From contig MU058718.1 in NCBI GenBank assembly GCA_013265495.1, positions 3,061,779 to 3,125,778 of the forward strand: 64,000 nt of DNA. The letters run 5' to 3'. Below the pieces are notes generated by a model. It made no database searches. It had not been told where the DNA came from and saw only the letters and a program-made list of their open reading frames with translations. Below, piece after piece: positions 38,125 through 52,347 of the stretch; position 1 is the stretch's first letter, and each line of letters opens with the position of its first letter. The translations under genes and the position numbers were made by a program. This DNA comes from Vicugna vicugna. Lineage: Eukaryota.

Positions 38125-38406
38125 CTGTTACCGCCACGTTCTTCGTCACACAGTCCGCTCCAAAGCACCGCTCACAACAAGGCAGCTGGCTTGGCCCAGA
38201 GTGAGTGACTCAGGAGAGGAAGAAAGTGACCAAAATGGAAGCCTCATCTCTTATAATCTAATATCAGAAGTGACACATTGTCACTTCTCCCATATGCTAC
38301 TGGGCTCACAGACCAAGCCTGACGGAGTGTGGGAGGGGACCACACAGGGCGCTAACGCCAGGGGGACAGGGCCATTAGGGGCCATCTTGGAGGCTGGCCT
38401 GCAACA
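38125..38406 (-). mobile_element. MLT1-type LTR fragment, opposite orientation
   Basis: cagaagtgacacattgtcacttctcccatatgctactgg...ggggccatcttggaggctggcctgcaaca. Confidence 0.8.
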
Positions 38407-40599
38407 TAAGCCAGTAAACGAATAAATATATTTCACACCCTACTCTCCATTTCAAGAATCTCAGAAGCTAGTTTTCCCATGTCCCCTATTTCTCCTCTGA
38501 CCTATCTATTTATCATGGGCTTCACTCATTTCTGTTGACTTCCCCACTTGTCCCGTACCTGTTACCCCTGCCTCCAACCTCATCAGGCCATGGGACATGT
38601 CATTTCAGGTCTTCCGCACTCTGACGGGAGGCAGCTGCTGCAGGCGGCCGGCTCGGCCTGGCCCTCCGCTGGAAGGCGCGGTGACGGGAGGAGAGGCCCT
38701 CTAACATCACTACCCCCAGGACTTCTGCACCGGAGAACTACAAGTGAACACAGCTCAGGGAAGAGCAGGGCAGCCTGGAGTTGTAAGGAAACCAGTGCCT
38801 GCGTCTGTGGCTGGTGACAAGGTGAGGCTTCCGAGGAAAGCCACTGGCTATTTGTTATGACAGCTATAGATGCTGTCATACTATTTGACTCACTGACGTC
38901 CTCTTTGGAAAACACGCCCTCCAACCACAGCAACAAATGGAAGAAGCGCAGCTGAAATCTTTGAACCACCTCAAATGCTCGGTAACGAGGAATTGGCCCG
39001 AGTAACGACGAAATAGTACTCAAGCATGTCATTTCATAGATACTGACCCGTGTCTTTGAAATAAAACTGTGAGAAACACAAAGTAGGGCTTGTGTAAGTA
39101 AATACAGATGGCAAAGATCAAGGTTTGGAAAATCGAAAGTGATACAAGTAGATTACTGTTGCTTAGAATCTTGGGAGTTAAGTTCTTCACGTGAACACCG
39201 CTTCCTCGGAAGGCATCTGCCTCTGAGATGACTGGGAAACTGTCAAGCCTTAACAGCAGCTGATGCCCATTACCCAAGCAGCACCCCCTAAGTCTCGGTT
39301 TCCTCATCCACCAGACAGGCACCACATACCTAAATCCCAGGACTGTAAAGATTAACTTAGATGCGCCATCTGAGTCCCTCCTGCCCACTGGGAAGGGGTT
39401 TATAATCAAGGTGGAGGCAGTGCAGGGTAGGGAAGCAAGCTGGGCTTTGCATCCTGCCGCATGTTTGTGCTCCATCTCCACCCACGTAGCGGCTTTACTC
39501 TTTCCGATCCTTAGTCTTTTCAACTAGAAATGGGCCTTCCTACCTTACCAGGTTCTCTCAGGGTTAAATGTTGTATCATATGTAAAGAAGCTAGTAGAGT
39601 ACCTGGCACATAGTAGGTGCTCAGTTAATATTAGCCCCCTTCCTTTTTGTGGCCTCAAATCTTCAACTCTTTTATTCTCTTGAAATAAAAATGAAAGACT
39701 AGAGAAAATCTTTGAAACTGGAAATAAGCAAGCTAAGGCCAAATTTCATAGAAGGTGATACTTCACTAGTTCATTGCCAAGTCACACAATAAAAATTGTT
39801 TGTAAGAAGTCTCAGGGGATGCGGCCCTGGGTTAACCAAAGGGCCGTCGAGTGGTCTCACTGTGGGGGCTGCTCTGAGCCCTTCCCTTGGATGTCTGGGC
39901 TTATAAGACAAGATCCACGTTACAGAAGAGTTTGCCTACAGGTTGCAAACAGAAAGGGGTTCAAGACATGGGAGGATCCCTCAGAAATGACTATATGACA
40001 TGACCTGTGAATTGTGGAGTCCCAGGGTAAACAGCCTGCAGACTTTACAAATGCTCCCCCAGAGGAGTTTCAGGAGTACCAGGAGGGGTAGTTGATGAAA
40101 CAAAAACCATCCCTGAAGGAGAACGCTAGGTTCCAGGGAGGTTCTGGGGAACATAGTAGCTGAAAGTCAAGGGAAGGGAAAGAACAGGTTATGGATACTC
40201 CCGGTCTCCTCTTAAGGCTGGGGTCTGTGTCCGCAAACACCAGCAGAGTGGAAGTAAAACATACGCTCCTTTGGGATTAAAGTCAGCCCCAAATAGCAAG
40301 GAAAGAACAGGATGCATGGCCCTTGTTTGTAAACAAAGACCAAGATAAATGTCTGCCACCAGACCTCAAAGGGAAGCGCGACAGGCCACCTGCAGGGAGA
40401 AGCCACAGGCAGCAGAGCGAGCCCTCTGGTCTCCCTGGTGGTCTCTGGCAGACCTTTCCAGAGGCATCACGGAAGAGCAGGGAAGCTAAGGGGGCCAGAA
40501 GGGCATCTGTCCAAGCACCCTCTCACAGGTCTGTGCTGTCTTCTCTTGGCCAGTGTTCAAGCTAAACTTGATCGTCATTCTCATCACAGCTGTGTTGAA

Positions 40600-40802
40600 T
40601 GCTTCCGAGTCAGGCAGTTAGATGTGAACCTCCCAACAACAGGTAAATAGCTAAGCCTCAATTTATTTGTCTGTATAATGGGGATACCAGTAGTCCCTAC
40701 CTCATAGGTGGTTGTAAAGAATAAATGAGCACCTGATGTAAAGCTTTTAGCACGGGGCCTGCCACAGAGCCAATGTTTACAATGGGTAGGGGTTATTATT
40801 AT
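40600..40802 (+). mobile_element. MIR SINE
   Basis: gcctcaatttatttgtctgtataatggggata...cctacctcataggtggttgtaaagaataaatgag. Confidence 0.7.
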
Positions 40803-41709
40803 CTTTGTTTTGTTGCTGTTTTTTCATTTCACTCACAGTAGCATTTCTCACTAGAACTGGGAGACATGACAAGCCAAGGGACCATCAATGACACTCAGAC
40901 ACTTTCCAGAGTGGGGACTGGTATTACTGGCAGCATCCAAGAGAAGCAGCAGGAACTGTGGGGAAGAAGTGAAGAGGACGGCCGTGCGCTGGTAATGAGG
41001 CAACGTGTGCATCTGCCAGCCTGGCTTCCGGGTCTGCCTCTGGTCAGCTGAGGAGCGGCTTCTAAGGGCAGGAGAGGGACCAGGGCTGGTCTGCAAGGAG
41101 CTTCAGTCACGTTTGCTGAGGGCTCAGGGGCCATTCACATGTGGTACAAAATGGAGAAGAGGGTCCCCTGGGAGACACCCAGAGAAGACTCCTCCATAGA
41201 GGGAGGGGTTCCGGCCACCCCCCTTACTCCCACAGGTCTGGGGGAGAAGGCAAGGCAAGGAAGGTGTCGCCCCGGTCTGAGAGCCCGTGTGGCTCTAGGC
41301 CAGGTGTCCGGTCAGAGTCCAGCACCTCGCTCCCACCCAGGGACCTCAGGGCTCACAACGGCACCCAAATCTAGGAGTGCTGCCCTGCTGTTCCTCGGCC
41401 TCAGAGCTCTGGGTGTTTAGGAAGCTTGGGAGGTGCTGTTTCTTTTCCACAGGATGTCACTTCCAACTGGAAGACAAGATACCCTTTTCTAGCAGGATGG
41501 TATACCAGTAGTTCTGGTAACCAGGCCACCTTAGGAGCCCCAATGCAGTAACTGCACTAAATCTCTGTGGCTATCAGGTTCATTCTAGGACAGGGCCCAG
41601 AACACAGAGGTGCTGATTAATGTTTGCAGAATCAGTGTTTACTGAAGCGCATTTTAAAATAAGCCAGCTTCTGTCTGTATCACAGTGTGGCAAGAGAGTG
41701 TCTCCGCTT

Positions 41710-41755
41710 TCTCTCTCTCTGTCTCTCTCTCTCTCTCTGTCTCTCTCTCTCTCTG

Positions 41756-41787
<32 letters not shown>
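41710..41787. repeat. Compound (CT)n(CA)n microsatellite
   Basis: Directly visible in the sequence. Confidence 0.95.
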
Positions 41788-43764
41788 TGGTAAACAACAG
41801 AAAACCTCAATGTTTGGTCATTTAATAAAGTCATGACACAATTCACAAATATTTTCTCTGAGAATGGATTCAGTAAGTTGCTCGCTCAAAACCTTAGTTT
41901 GCTTTTAAAAAGTAGATCTAAAAATTCTCCTGGAACTCCCTTTTGTCTTTATCCATATTCCCTTTATTACTTCCTTCCATCATGCACACATCATATTTTA
42001 CTTTTACAACACTTGGGATCTGGTTATGACAAGCTCTGTAATGGCTCATCATATTCACTCTACAGTCTCTCATCTAGTTTCACTAAATTATATCCCTTAT
42101 ACAGAAGTACATGACCCCACAGTATATAAAAGTCTCCTTTTGCAACCCAGAGAGTGAGCATGTAATGGATATGAATGTAACTGACACTTACTTAATATTT
42201 CTGCCTCATAATGACTCCTTTTTTAAAAAAAAATTATGGTGGTGTCTTACAAAGAAGTCAATTGATGGGGTCTTGAAAGACTTCGAATAAAACAGTGCAT
42301 CAAAAGGAGCCTGTCTTCTGGTCAGATCATCATCTATGCTTTTCTGAGTGTTTTAACAAAGGTGACTGTGTGTCTGGTGTGTGAGACACACACGTATGTA
42401 AACACGCACAACAGAAGTGAATATCCAGAGAACACAGACGCTGCCTAACTCAAGACATGAGTTTCTTCCTGGCACTGATACAATGGCTGTTATACCGGAC
42501 AACCCAAGGCACCCCCTCTCCAAAAAGGAAATCACAAGACACGTTCTCCAACAGTAGAACCAATCCTCTATTAGTCTAGGATGGTTTACAGACAGAAATC
42601 ATATTATTTAAATCCTTTGTTGGTTCTGGGACCAACAGACTGACATTTGACATTAAATTTGCCTTCAAATTGTCTTTTATGAAAAACAAAAGGTAAGAAC
42701 AACCATTCTTTTCCTACCTGCTGCTGTAGCCACCAGAAGCCCGGGTGCTGCTCTCCGAATGTCAGGGCAAATGTCAGGATTTAATCATCTTCAGCTCCCT
42801 CCTCCAGAACAGAACTACTGAAAGAAAACTTTCAATTGCTATGAGCAAACAGACTGTTTACTTCCCGCCCATCCTTTCTCATTCCTATGGCTTGCTGAGT
42901 GCCAGAGTAGGGTGCTTAAGGGAAGATATCTAGGGAGAAAGGGATAGACTTTGGGGGAAACAGAAGAGTGGGTTCCCAAGGCAAGAATGAGTTCACCCAA
43001 TACCCTTCCTTCAAGGAAAGGAAAGCCCTCTTTTTCAGCTTTAATTTCTCATAGAAGTTCTGCCACGGCATTACTCACAGGTAATTACTGCATTGCCCCT
43101 TCACGAACGGCAGGCATACTTTTGGGGCGAGCCTCCAGATTTCTGATGCATGCCTGTACCTGTCTGCAAGGATATCTCCGTGCCTGGGAAAACTGGGAGG
43201 GCAACAAGCCCGCCCAAAGGGAGGACTCAGTCTAGACTGTTAATCATGTTCTTGGGATAAAATATATCACAAGAGAGGATCAGAGGCTGGTGTGAGCCCC
43301 TCCATCCATAGGGCATCAGCCTCCCTTATGGGATCATCTGGTTAGGGCTCAAACTTTTCCCAAGTAGATCAGCAGCTACGCTTTGTCAAGCGTCAACTTG
43401 TTTCCCCAGAGAGGAAAGGAGGAGCAAGGATTACTATCACAGAAGGAATGTGGTTTTCTTGCTTACTCTGAGCAGTCAGTGCAAGAGAGTCAAAGATGAT
43501 CGATGTGCAACCACAGCTCCTTTAAGCTTCATATCTGAAATACAGCATTTAAGAAGACATTTCAGTGATAAGCAGGTGTCCTAGAGGCTTCATGCTTGAT
43601 TTCATTTCTAGTTTACAAGAAGGTGGAGGTTGTACAGTAGAGAGGATAGAGCAATGGAGCAGAAATTGGGAAGTCTTGGCTCCGCCATTTACTATCGTGA
43701 CTTAACTTGGTTTCCAAATAAGTAAAATGAGAAGACGGGGCTGCATGATCTGCACAACAGAACA

Positions 43765-44265
43765 CCGTCTCAAGCTTTCCATCTATTCTACCTTGTTCTT
43801 GCGAAAACACTTCGGTTCTCCTCTGGGGAATCACTCCTTCCTCTCAGCTGGTTTGGATGGGATTGGTGCCGCTGCCAGGCTTCTTCAGAAACGTACCTGT
43901 GGCCACGGCCAGCCGGTCGGAGTCACTGGGAGATTCAAAGATGGGCTGGTGCCAACAGGAGTCATTTCCGGGACTTGCTGGGAAGAGGAGTTCTCATCTT
44001 GCTGTGGCCACTACTCTGATAACACAGAGTCTCGTGCTTCTGGTGGCCTCCTAGGGAAAGAGGGATGCGTGAAGACAAAGCCACGGCAGAGGAAAGCAGA
44101 GCCGAGAGATGGCAAGGGACCAAATCCTAAGAATGTCATTTGAAGACTTAGGTTCAGCCCTGACTGAAAGCGTCATTTCCTTTGGATTTGTTAAAAATTT
44201 CCTTTAGTTCCTTAAGCCTATTTCAATTACATTTTTGATGCCTGCCACTGAAAAAATTCCAGCTA
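43765..44265 (+). mobile_element. Old MaLR LTR (MLT1K/L-like)
   Basis: cagaggaaagcagagccgagagatgg...ttcagccctgactgaa...cttaagcctattt...gcctgccactgaaa. Confidence 0.7.
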
Positions 44266-44316
44266 ATTTGAATCCCTTCCAACTGCCTTCTACCATCTAA
44301 CACTACTGCTTTTTAA

Positions 44317-44450
44317 ACTTTATTTATGTGTCTATTTTACAATATCATATTTTTTAAACTGAAGTATAGTTGATGTCTAATATTACATGTTACAGGTATA
44401 CAATATAATGATTCACAATTTTTAAAGGTTAGGGTATAGTTATAAAATAT
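44317..44450 (-). mobile_element. Short L1 3' tail
   Basis: actgaagtatagttgat...ttacaggtatacaatataatgattcacaatttttaaagg; 19-bp TSD taaca(c/t)tactgctttttaa at 44298-44316 and 44451-44469. Confidence 0.88.
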
Positions 44451-44759
44451 TAACATTACTGCTTTTTAACATTTATATCTGCAATGATTCGGGTGGCATG
44501 GTGATGCATAAGGCCAATAAATTAGTTTCCTTTTGATGCACTCTTGGAAATTTTTTTTTAAAGGCTAAGCCTGCATAGCAGAGAAATAGAGAAGTAAAGC
44601 AAATTCTGGTGAAAGATTTAAAAACTCTCTATTCTTTTTGAATACAGCTCTTTGTAAAAAAAAAAAAACAGCACTCAAATAATGCACAATGGTGAAATGC
44701 AGAAAGTGAAAATCTCCCATAATTTTACCTTCCAGAAATGACCATGGATAACATTTTAG

Positions 44760-44908
44760 TGGCTTGCTATTCAAAATGTGATCCACAGACCAGCAGCCTT
44801 GGCCTGGAGCTGGTTCCAAATACAGAACCTCAGGCTTCAATGCTGTCTTGCATTTTAACAAGGCCTGGACGCAATCTGTATGCGCATCAAAGTCTGAAAA
44901 GCACTGGC
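44760..44908. mobile_element. MER5-like hAT-Charlie MITE
   Basis: tgctattcaaaatgtgatccacagaccagcagc...tgcattttaacaag...aaagtctgaaaagcactg. Confidence 0.8.
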
Positions 44909-45177
44909 TTAAAGTATCGTCCTCCAGACATTTTTTTATTGTAGTCGTCAGCATTTTGGGGCGCATATAATTTGTGGGCTTTTTTGTTTGACTGATTTTG
45001 TAAAGGAAAGACAAATAGGAATACATTGCCCATATTTCTGATACAATGTAATCAAAATCCTTTACAAACATAAGTAAACCATATACAGTGACCATATGCA
45101 AATTATGAAGGTGTTACATACAGATCCTAGGACACTACTCATAGTAGCAAACTATCCCAGGACAGGACACTCTAGAG

Positions 45178-45340
45178 CCGTGGTTCTCCAACTTGAGGGT
45201 GCACCAGAACCATCTGGAGGTCGGCCCCACGTGCACAGTTTCTGATTCAGGAGGATGGTAGGGTTGGGATGGAATCTGCTTTTCCATCAAGTTCCTGGGC
45301 AATGCTGATACTGCTGGTCCCAGAACCACATTTCACCAGT
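45178..45340. mobile_element. MER5A-like MITE
   Basis: ctctagag then ccgtggttctccaactt...agtttctgattcag...ctgctggtcccagaaccacattt. Confidence 0.8.
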
Positions 45341-45359
45341 GTTTCAAAAATAAAAATGG

Positions 45360-45519
45360 CACAGGGAACTATATTCAATATCTTATAACAACCTTTAATA
45401 CAAAAGAATATGAAAATGAATATATGTATATATACGCATGACAGGGACATTATGCTGTACACCAGAAATTGACACACTGTAACATTACAATAAAAAAGAA
45501 AAATAAAGTTCAAAAAAAT
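45360..45519 (+). mobile_element. Short young L1 3' end
   Basis: cacagggaactatattcaatatctt...gctgtacaccagaaattgacac; perfect 14-bp TSD aaaaataaaaatgg at 45346-45359 and 45520-45533. Confidence 0.93.
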
Positions 45520-46627
45520 AAAAATAAAAATGGTTTTACACTATATACATAAACATACTATATATACTATACTGAACCTTGCTTTTTTTCCCTTAATACT
45601 GTATCTGGGTCATCCTTCTACCGTCATCCATCCATTACATCTTTCTTTTTAAGGGCTGCAAGGTCAGAGATTTTTAGCTGATATGATAATATAGACTAAA
45701 TGACAAAGAAGGGAATCTTCCACATAAGGACGAGCATCCCCACCACTGGACTCATCACTTCCAATGCTAAATAAGTGTCTGGGGTTTGAGTCTACAGATA
45801 AGAAAGGCTCTGGATGGACCAGGAAAGTGATCAGCACTGAGCAAGTGCCACTGAAGACACAGGTGTAAAATCTGGTTCCCCTAGGAGCTGGTCCGGTCTT
45901 TTTCTCTACACCCACAGCATCAGTTATGGTAACAGGTATACAGTGAGGAGCTCATAAGTGCTGTAGAGTTTGTGAATGAAAGTGCCCATGCATGCAAGTC
46001 ACAGAGGAATTCCCTACAGAATCCTCGGTACGGAATCCCCCTGCCGCACCATACAGCTCACTGCTGGATCTCAGTGGTCAGATATTCCTCCTGAGTCCAT
46101 TCAGACTCCCGGAAAGAAAGTGATACAGCTTGCAGACGTGACTGGAATGTCAAGGGGGCAGTCCACTAAACTCAGAGCCATAATTCTGATGTATTTCTGA
46201 GAACTACACTGACATGCTTCTTAGCCATCCTTTGCTTGACTGGTGGTACTTTCTGGATGTCTCCCATTGTGAAGATGCCCTGGGCTCAGACTTCTCCCCT
46301 CAGGAAGGTTAACCCGTCAGGAAGTTTTCTGCTCAGTTAGAAAAATACAGCCATATAAATAAAACATGAAGATTTTATGTGTGTGTGTGTGTTGTGAGAG
46401 AGAGAGAGACATATATAATCCTCAGCTGATCTTCACCTGTGCTTCTGTAGCCACATATGTAATCACCTTCACAAAGGGATGACATGACCCCAGTATGCCT
46501 AGAGAATCACATGTTGAATATTCTAATATAGAAATTAGAAATCTCAAAGGGCCACATGTTACATAAGAACTGCCACACATTGGCTCTGATATGGCCAATT
46601 CCTAGTTTTAAACTCTGCCAGGAAGAC

Positions 46628-47450
46628 CTCATTTCGTTCACTCAGCAAGTACTTAATACACCTACTATGTGCCTGGTACCATGTTTGCTGTCTGGGACAG
46701 AGATGTCTGGGGGACAGAGATATCTAGAATACAGGGAAGAAAGGTATGTACCATGAAGGGATCTAGTGTGAAAGACAGACAAGAAAATCAAGAATTAAGC
46801 ACCTGTGCATACAGATGAGGGGGTAAGAGGCGTACAGAAGTATATGCCTAACCCAGCTGGGGAGTCAACAGAGTTGGCTTCAGAAATGAAAATGAGCTTG
46901 AGATAAGTCTGCAAGGATGAACAGAGCTGAGTCAGGCAGGCTCCATGAGCACGTTGTGCCGGAGAGCAGAGGCGAGGAAGAGCTTGGCAAGCTCAGGAAG
47001 CCACACAGCGTTTGGTGTGGCTGGAGGGGAGCATATATGTGAGGACCTGAAAGGGGAGATGAGGCAGACGTTAGATGGAGTCCCCGCAGGACTGTCAGCA
47101 GGGATGTGAGCTGACCAGATTTGCTTTTCTAAAGACTCAGGAAACAATAGGGAGATGGGAACAGGAGAAGAAGACCAGAGCCAAGGGACTTAGCTTTGAG
47201 GCTCATACAGCGTCTCAGGCAGCAGCGCAGAAGCCAGCACTGGCTGTGAGAGATAGAGACAAGGGGAGAGATTCAACTGGAACTTGGAGAGAGAATGCAC
47301 GGGCTTTGATGACTGGTTGGAAAGGGGAGGTTGGGGAGTAACAGTGAGGGCAAGGAATGAGTCCAAGGGGACACCCAGGTTTATGGTTAGGGTCAAGAGG
47401 GACAATATAGGGACAAAGAATTTTGAACAGGATTGAGTCGGAGGGTGAGA
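46628..47450 (-). mobile_element. L2 LINE fragment
   Basis: catttcgttcactcagcaagtacttaat...cctactatgtgcctgg tail; aggaatgagtccaagggggacacccaggttt body. Confidence 0.7.
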
Positions 47451-47564
47451 ATGGGATGAAGGGATAGTAAGCGGCATTGTTCCTCAAAGTGTGTGCTGGA
47501 TCTTGGGTTTGCCTTACCGAAAAAACATACATCTGCCCACAGAGTGCACAATTTAAAGGGCCCC

Positions 47565-47991
47565 TGTAGTAGGCTGGGTACTGTCTCCCCAAAATACATG
47601 TCCACCCAGAACCTCAGAATAGGCCCTTACTTGGAAGGAGGGTCTTGCAGATGTACTTAGGATGAGGTCCTACTGGATATGGGTGAGTCCTAAAGCCAAC
47701 CATCACTGCTCTTAGAAGAAAAAGGAGAGGGCACAGAAAAGGTCAGGTAAGAGCCCTGCACAGATTGGAGTGATGAGGCTACAAGCAAAGGAACGCCAAG
47801 GACAGCCATGAGCCACCAGAATCTAGGACAAGGCAAGGAGGGATTCTGCCCTCGAGCCTTCAGAATGATCATGGCCCTGCCAACACCTTGATTTCAGACT
47901 TTTGGCCTCCAGATCTCTAAGAGAGCAAAATTCTGTTGTTTTGAGCCACTCAGTTTGAGCTACTTTGTTGTGGCAGCCTTAGAGAACTAAC
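47565..47991 (+). mobile_element. MaLR solo LTR (MLT1C-like)
   Basis: tgtagt...ccccaaaatacatgtccac...ccctgccaacaccttgatttcagacttttggcctccaga...tactttgttgtggcagcctt. Confidence 0.9.
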
Positions 47992-49659
47992 CCTGAGTCC
48001 CTGAGACCCTTTTGGCTCAAAATTTCCAGAAATTGCAGTATTACTCAGTTTTCTGGGAGGGTTTAGATCTCTGTCAAGTTGGGGCGGGTAGGGGGGAGGC
48101 TGTATCAAGCCAGGAAAATTCTCACATGTTTATACGATTCACTCTACTCCAGAGCAAGGCCCTGTGGGTTGAAAGATGAATCAAGTTAAGTCTGAAGACG
48201 GAGGTGGGGGGGGATGCTGCTGGGGAAACAGGCCTAGGCGGGGTCTCAGAGCAGGCTGAGTCTGGAAAGTAGGGGCATTGGGTGCCCTGGCACTCACCAG
48301 GGTTCTTGGCAACAGGAAAAATGGTATTGTTATCATCACCTTACAAGTAAAGAAACTGAAGTTTACAGATGTTAAGCAACTGTATGAAGGTTACACAGTT
48401 AACCAAGGTTGGAGGCACATGCAGAAATCAGATTTCCGTACTCCTAGTCTAGGGATTTTCCATGGGACCCTGTGGCCTCCACCACGCTGTCTCTAGGGCA
48501 TCATCTTGGACTGAAGACAAGAAAGAAAAAAGATATCAGCTATTGTCACAGAGCACAAATTTTCCATACAACTAAAAGGATTCCTGTAAATACTGGTCTC
48601 CATTTTAACCACTTCATGTGGAAATCCTGCCTTCCAAACAAATTATAAAAACGTGCTTTAATCTCCTCCCACTGGCATGGACATGAATCATGTTAATCTT
48701 TGTTAAACTGCTTTCATTCCTCAAAAGAAATGGGCAGAAAGTGCAGGTGTCGACTGAGGCAGCACATTTGGCGGCCCGTGGAGATTTGCCGCCACTCTAG
48801 CCTGTGACAGGAGAATCACGTGGATGAGAAGTCAGTTTTTTGAGTTGCTTAACACATGGCAGGAAATGTGCTAAATGCTTTGATGTGTGCTCTCACGCAG
48901 GCTTCCGTCCTCCCCGTGATGTGAAGAGGTTTAATCCCCACATCAAAGATGAGGGAATCTGTGGTTTAGCGATCTTCTGGACTCTTCCTTATCAAGAAAC
49001 CTGAGGACACTAGAATGCTGACAACTGTATCCCTGAAATACATGCCTGTTGAATGAGAATCTAATTAATACACTTCCATGTTTAAAGCCAAGCCAAGCCA
49101 GGGTCTTTCCTTGAGGACTCAGGGAGAAGGATTGTATCCTCAACTGGCATGGACGGCTCTCAAATTTCTCAGCTCAAACTTCATGGCAAGTCAACTCTGA
49201 AAATAAACTTCTCATATAAGAGAATGTGATTCATAGGAAAGGCATCTTCCATCTTCTCAAAGCTGGTGGTTGGTGAGAGGCCCGCTAAGGCCCACAGTCT
49301 CAGGCTTCTTAAAAGCCTACCATACACAGATGCTTATGAGCTTGGTTAAACACTTGGCAAGCTCATCGAGACATCATGTGAGCCGTAATCACACTGTGTT
49401 CTTCTGAGGATCTTCCAGAGCATACTCTAAATCCTGTTTATTTCTCTTTGAGGACAAAAGTATCATGGGACAAACACTGATCCAAGAAGCCTGCTTCTCA
49501 CACAGCAAGATGCTATCACGGCCCTTCATCGCTCAGAGGGAGCAACATCTGACTAACGTCAACCCAAATGCTCCCTCGTTGGCTGCATTGCTAAAGAATT
49601 TCACAACGGCTTTGTCAAGGGGCAGACATTGCACTTGGGCAGGAAGGGGAGGGCTATGG

Positions 49660-50458
49660 GGGATGTGAGAACTTGGTATCCATCATCCATTCCACTTGCC
49701 TTCGACTGTGCAGAGGTTGGAAAGCTAAAAGCTATGTTTCCCAGGCTCCTTGCAGCCTGGGTTCGGTTTGCAAATCAGTTCTGCCAATTAGAGGCATGTG
49801 TGGGAGATTTGGAGGATGGATGTGAGGGAGGGGCTGTTCCTCCTGCTGCTTCTACTCTTGCTGTTGGCAGACGGGTTTGCACAGGCAGGAGCTTTTCGGC
49901 AGCAGTGGTCCAGGGTCCAGTCTCCAGCAGTGTGCCCGCTGAGGGACAGTTCAGCTGGCGGCAGGGGAGCTTTCCTGATTGTGTCATTCAGCTGAGGTGA
50001 TGTGTTCATGGAGTCAGCAGTTCCATCAATGAACTTCTGAGCTACACACCGTTCCTAACTGCAGCAGCAGGAGGCAGAGGACACTTCCCCTGGCAGGTCA
50101 GATGGTCATTTGTTCTGGGAGAGATCCTGGAGTCCCTGCCTAGCATGCCCTCTCCCAGCTTTCCCAGGAATTCTGAGATCTTCACAACGGTGTCTTGTCT
50201 ACGGATAGCCCCTAGTCGCTATTTCTGTGATGAAGACGGAAGTTGGGAGCCACCTAGTTCACCATCTTGCTGATGTCACTCTCCAGAAATTTCTCAGATA
50301 ACTCAGCCACCAGGCCTCCCCACACTTCAGTCGCGGTCCTCAGGAGGTCAGGTTTCACCCTCCAACAATTCTTAACGTCCTCAATTCCTGTATTAAATTT
50401 CTTTCTGCTTAAGAATGAGAAATGGATCACATTTCCCATGACTGAACCCTGACCTAGA
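49660..50458 (+). mobile_element. ERVL-type LTR remnants (LTR33-like)
   Basis: aggttggaaagctaaaagctatgtttcccaggctccttgcagc; ends attaaatttctttctgcttaa...tgactgaaccctgacc. Confidence 0.6.
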
Positions 50459-50744
50459 CCCCCTAAATGAAACGAGTCCTAAGTTTTTCTAGATTGTTTC
50501 TCAAAGTTTTCAGACTCTCATTAAAGTAGGGCTAATGTTGTTTTTATTTACTTCTTACCCTAGGCCATTGTTTTGGGATGCGGTGTTAAAAATAAAGATA
50601 GAAATTTTAAATGGAAATGTTTGCTCTGTACATACATTTAACAGAGATTTGTTGAACATTTTCTGTGTTCAAGGCACTGTGCTAGACACCCATGTGCCAA
50701 GACAACATGGCATAACAGACGGCGTGCACTCCTCAGGAGGAGCT

Positions 50745-50925
50745 GATGTTTGGCTTTGCCCGAACCACGTGGCCTTTGGCAAGTGACTTAATCTCTCCAA
50801 GCTTTAGTTTTATCATCAGGATGAATACAGATACTAAGAATTACCTCTAGGATTATTCTAAAAGTTACCCAAAATATAGAAGTGTCCAAAACAGTATGTC
50901 GTACATAAGAGGTGCTCAATAAACC
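50745..50925 (+). mobile_element. MIR SINE
   Basis: ggcaagtgacttaatctctccaagctttagtttt...aggtgctcaataaa. Confidence 0.7.
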
Positions 50926-52095
50926 TTAATTCTCTTCCTTTTTCCTAAAACACAAAAATGAAATGGTATCGATTTAAAAATACATTTTGAGTCATCTTCA
51001 GTAGTATTTGCTTGTCATTTTCAAACCAAATTTTGTCACCTCCCTGATTGAAATCCTCTAACGGTTTCTCTTGGTACTTAGGAAAAAACTCAAACTCGTT
51101 GCAAGCCAACAAGGTTTTAACAAGCCCCTAACAAGTTCCCAGAGATGGCTGTATTATGCAGACAGACTGTCCCACTTTGTAAGACTTTTTGTTGCATTTC
51201 TGAAGTTTACTCTTCCCAGGGCTTCTCAATGAGCCAAGATGGAGCTGAAGACACCAGACAGTTCTGACTGTCTGGTAAACACGAGGCATGGGAATACCAA
51301 CAGAGCCCTTCTTCTGGCCTGCTCTGCAGCAGTTAAAGCTTTGCTCTAGAACATGCATTGAGGAGCCCCTCCACTGGCTCTGGAAGGAGTATGTGGCCTT
51401 CAGCCAAACAGGGGTGTGGGCTTCAACCATCTCCATGACACCATGTGCTCGGGCTGGCTCCAGACAGAGGGCCTACATCCTGCCCACATGCCATGATATA
51501 AGCCCCAGTCAACATTTCAGGTGGTCAGCAAACAGCTCTAGGGAACATCTGGATTTGAGCCCAAAGTAGGTAAAGCTAGGTAATTCTACCGGGGGCAGCA
51601 TCTCTTTCATGTCAGGGAAAGCACTAATCAAAGTCAGATGGTCATCCTTGGCTAGACAGGTTTTTCTTTTCTCTACTGAAACGATCCCCCTCTCTCCAGT
51701 CCCTGAAACTTCCACCTTCTTCGAAAAATAGCAAGAGCTGAGTTTCCCATCACCATACTGCATGCCTTCTGGTATACCCAGGGGAGACTGCAATTATAAG
51801 CATGATTTGAACAAACAAAATAAAACATAATACTAATTGAGGCCAGTTCCTGGAAAAACAAAAGGGCCTGTTCTGCATATGCCCTAATCTCTGTTTCTGA
51901 TTTATTGGCTGAATGGCCCACTCCAGAAAGCATTTGGCAGAGCCCACGTGCCAGAAAGCATTCTCATGCTTTCCAGATTTCAGTCAAGTGACTGGGAGTA
52001 TTCCTTTGACAGCACACACTTATTGTAAACTGGCCATTTTTCAAGACCCAGGAAATAACCTGTCTGCAGTGTAAGAGCTACAATAAAAGCCAACT

Positions 52096-52347
52096 TATTT
52101 ACAAAACAGAAACAGGTTCACAGACATAGAGAACAAACTTTCGGTTACCAGGAGTAAAGGGGGTGGGAAGGGATAAATTGGGCGTTCAAAATTTGCACCT
52201 CTTGGGGAGTGATGGAAATGTTAGGTATCTTGACTATAGTGTGGTTTCATAGGTATTTACATCTACCAAAATTCATCAGATTGTACATCTGAAATATGTG
52301 TAGTTTGCTGTGCAAAATAACAATAAAGTTATTTAAGGGATTTTTTT
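52096..52347 (+). mobile_element. Chimeric L1 insertion: young 3' UTR piece joined to an old L1M-type 3' end
   Basis: 52096 to ~52197 matches the young copies in this window; ~52198-52335 (gtgatggaaatgttaggtatcttgac...aaattcatcagattgtacat...caataaag) is an old-type end; repeat aaagccaact at 52086-52095 and 52348-52357. Confidence 0.8.

Noticed and set aside
38583..39523. Adjacent 149-aa and 164-aa minus-strand ORFs
   Set aside because: Non-ATG starts and no domain; the second includes MIR-derived peptide (WMRKPRLRG).
44565..45101. Longest ORF (178 aa, minus strand)
   Set aside because: Runs through a MER5 MITE and old L1 sequence; no recognisable domain.
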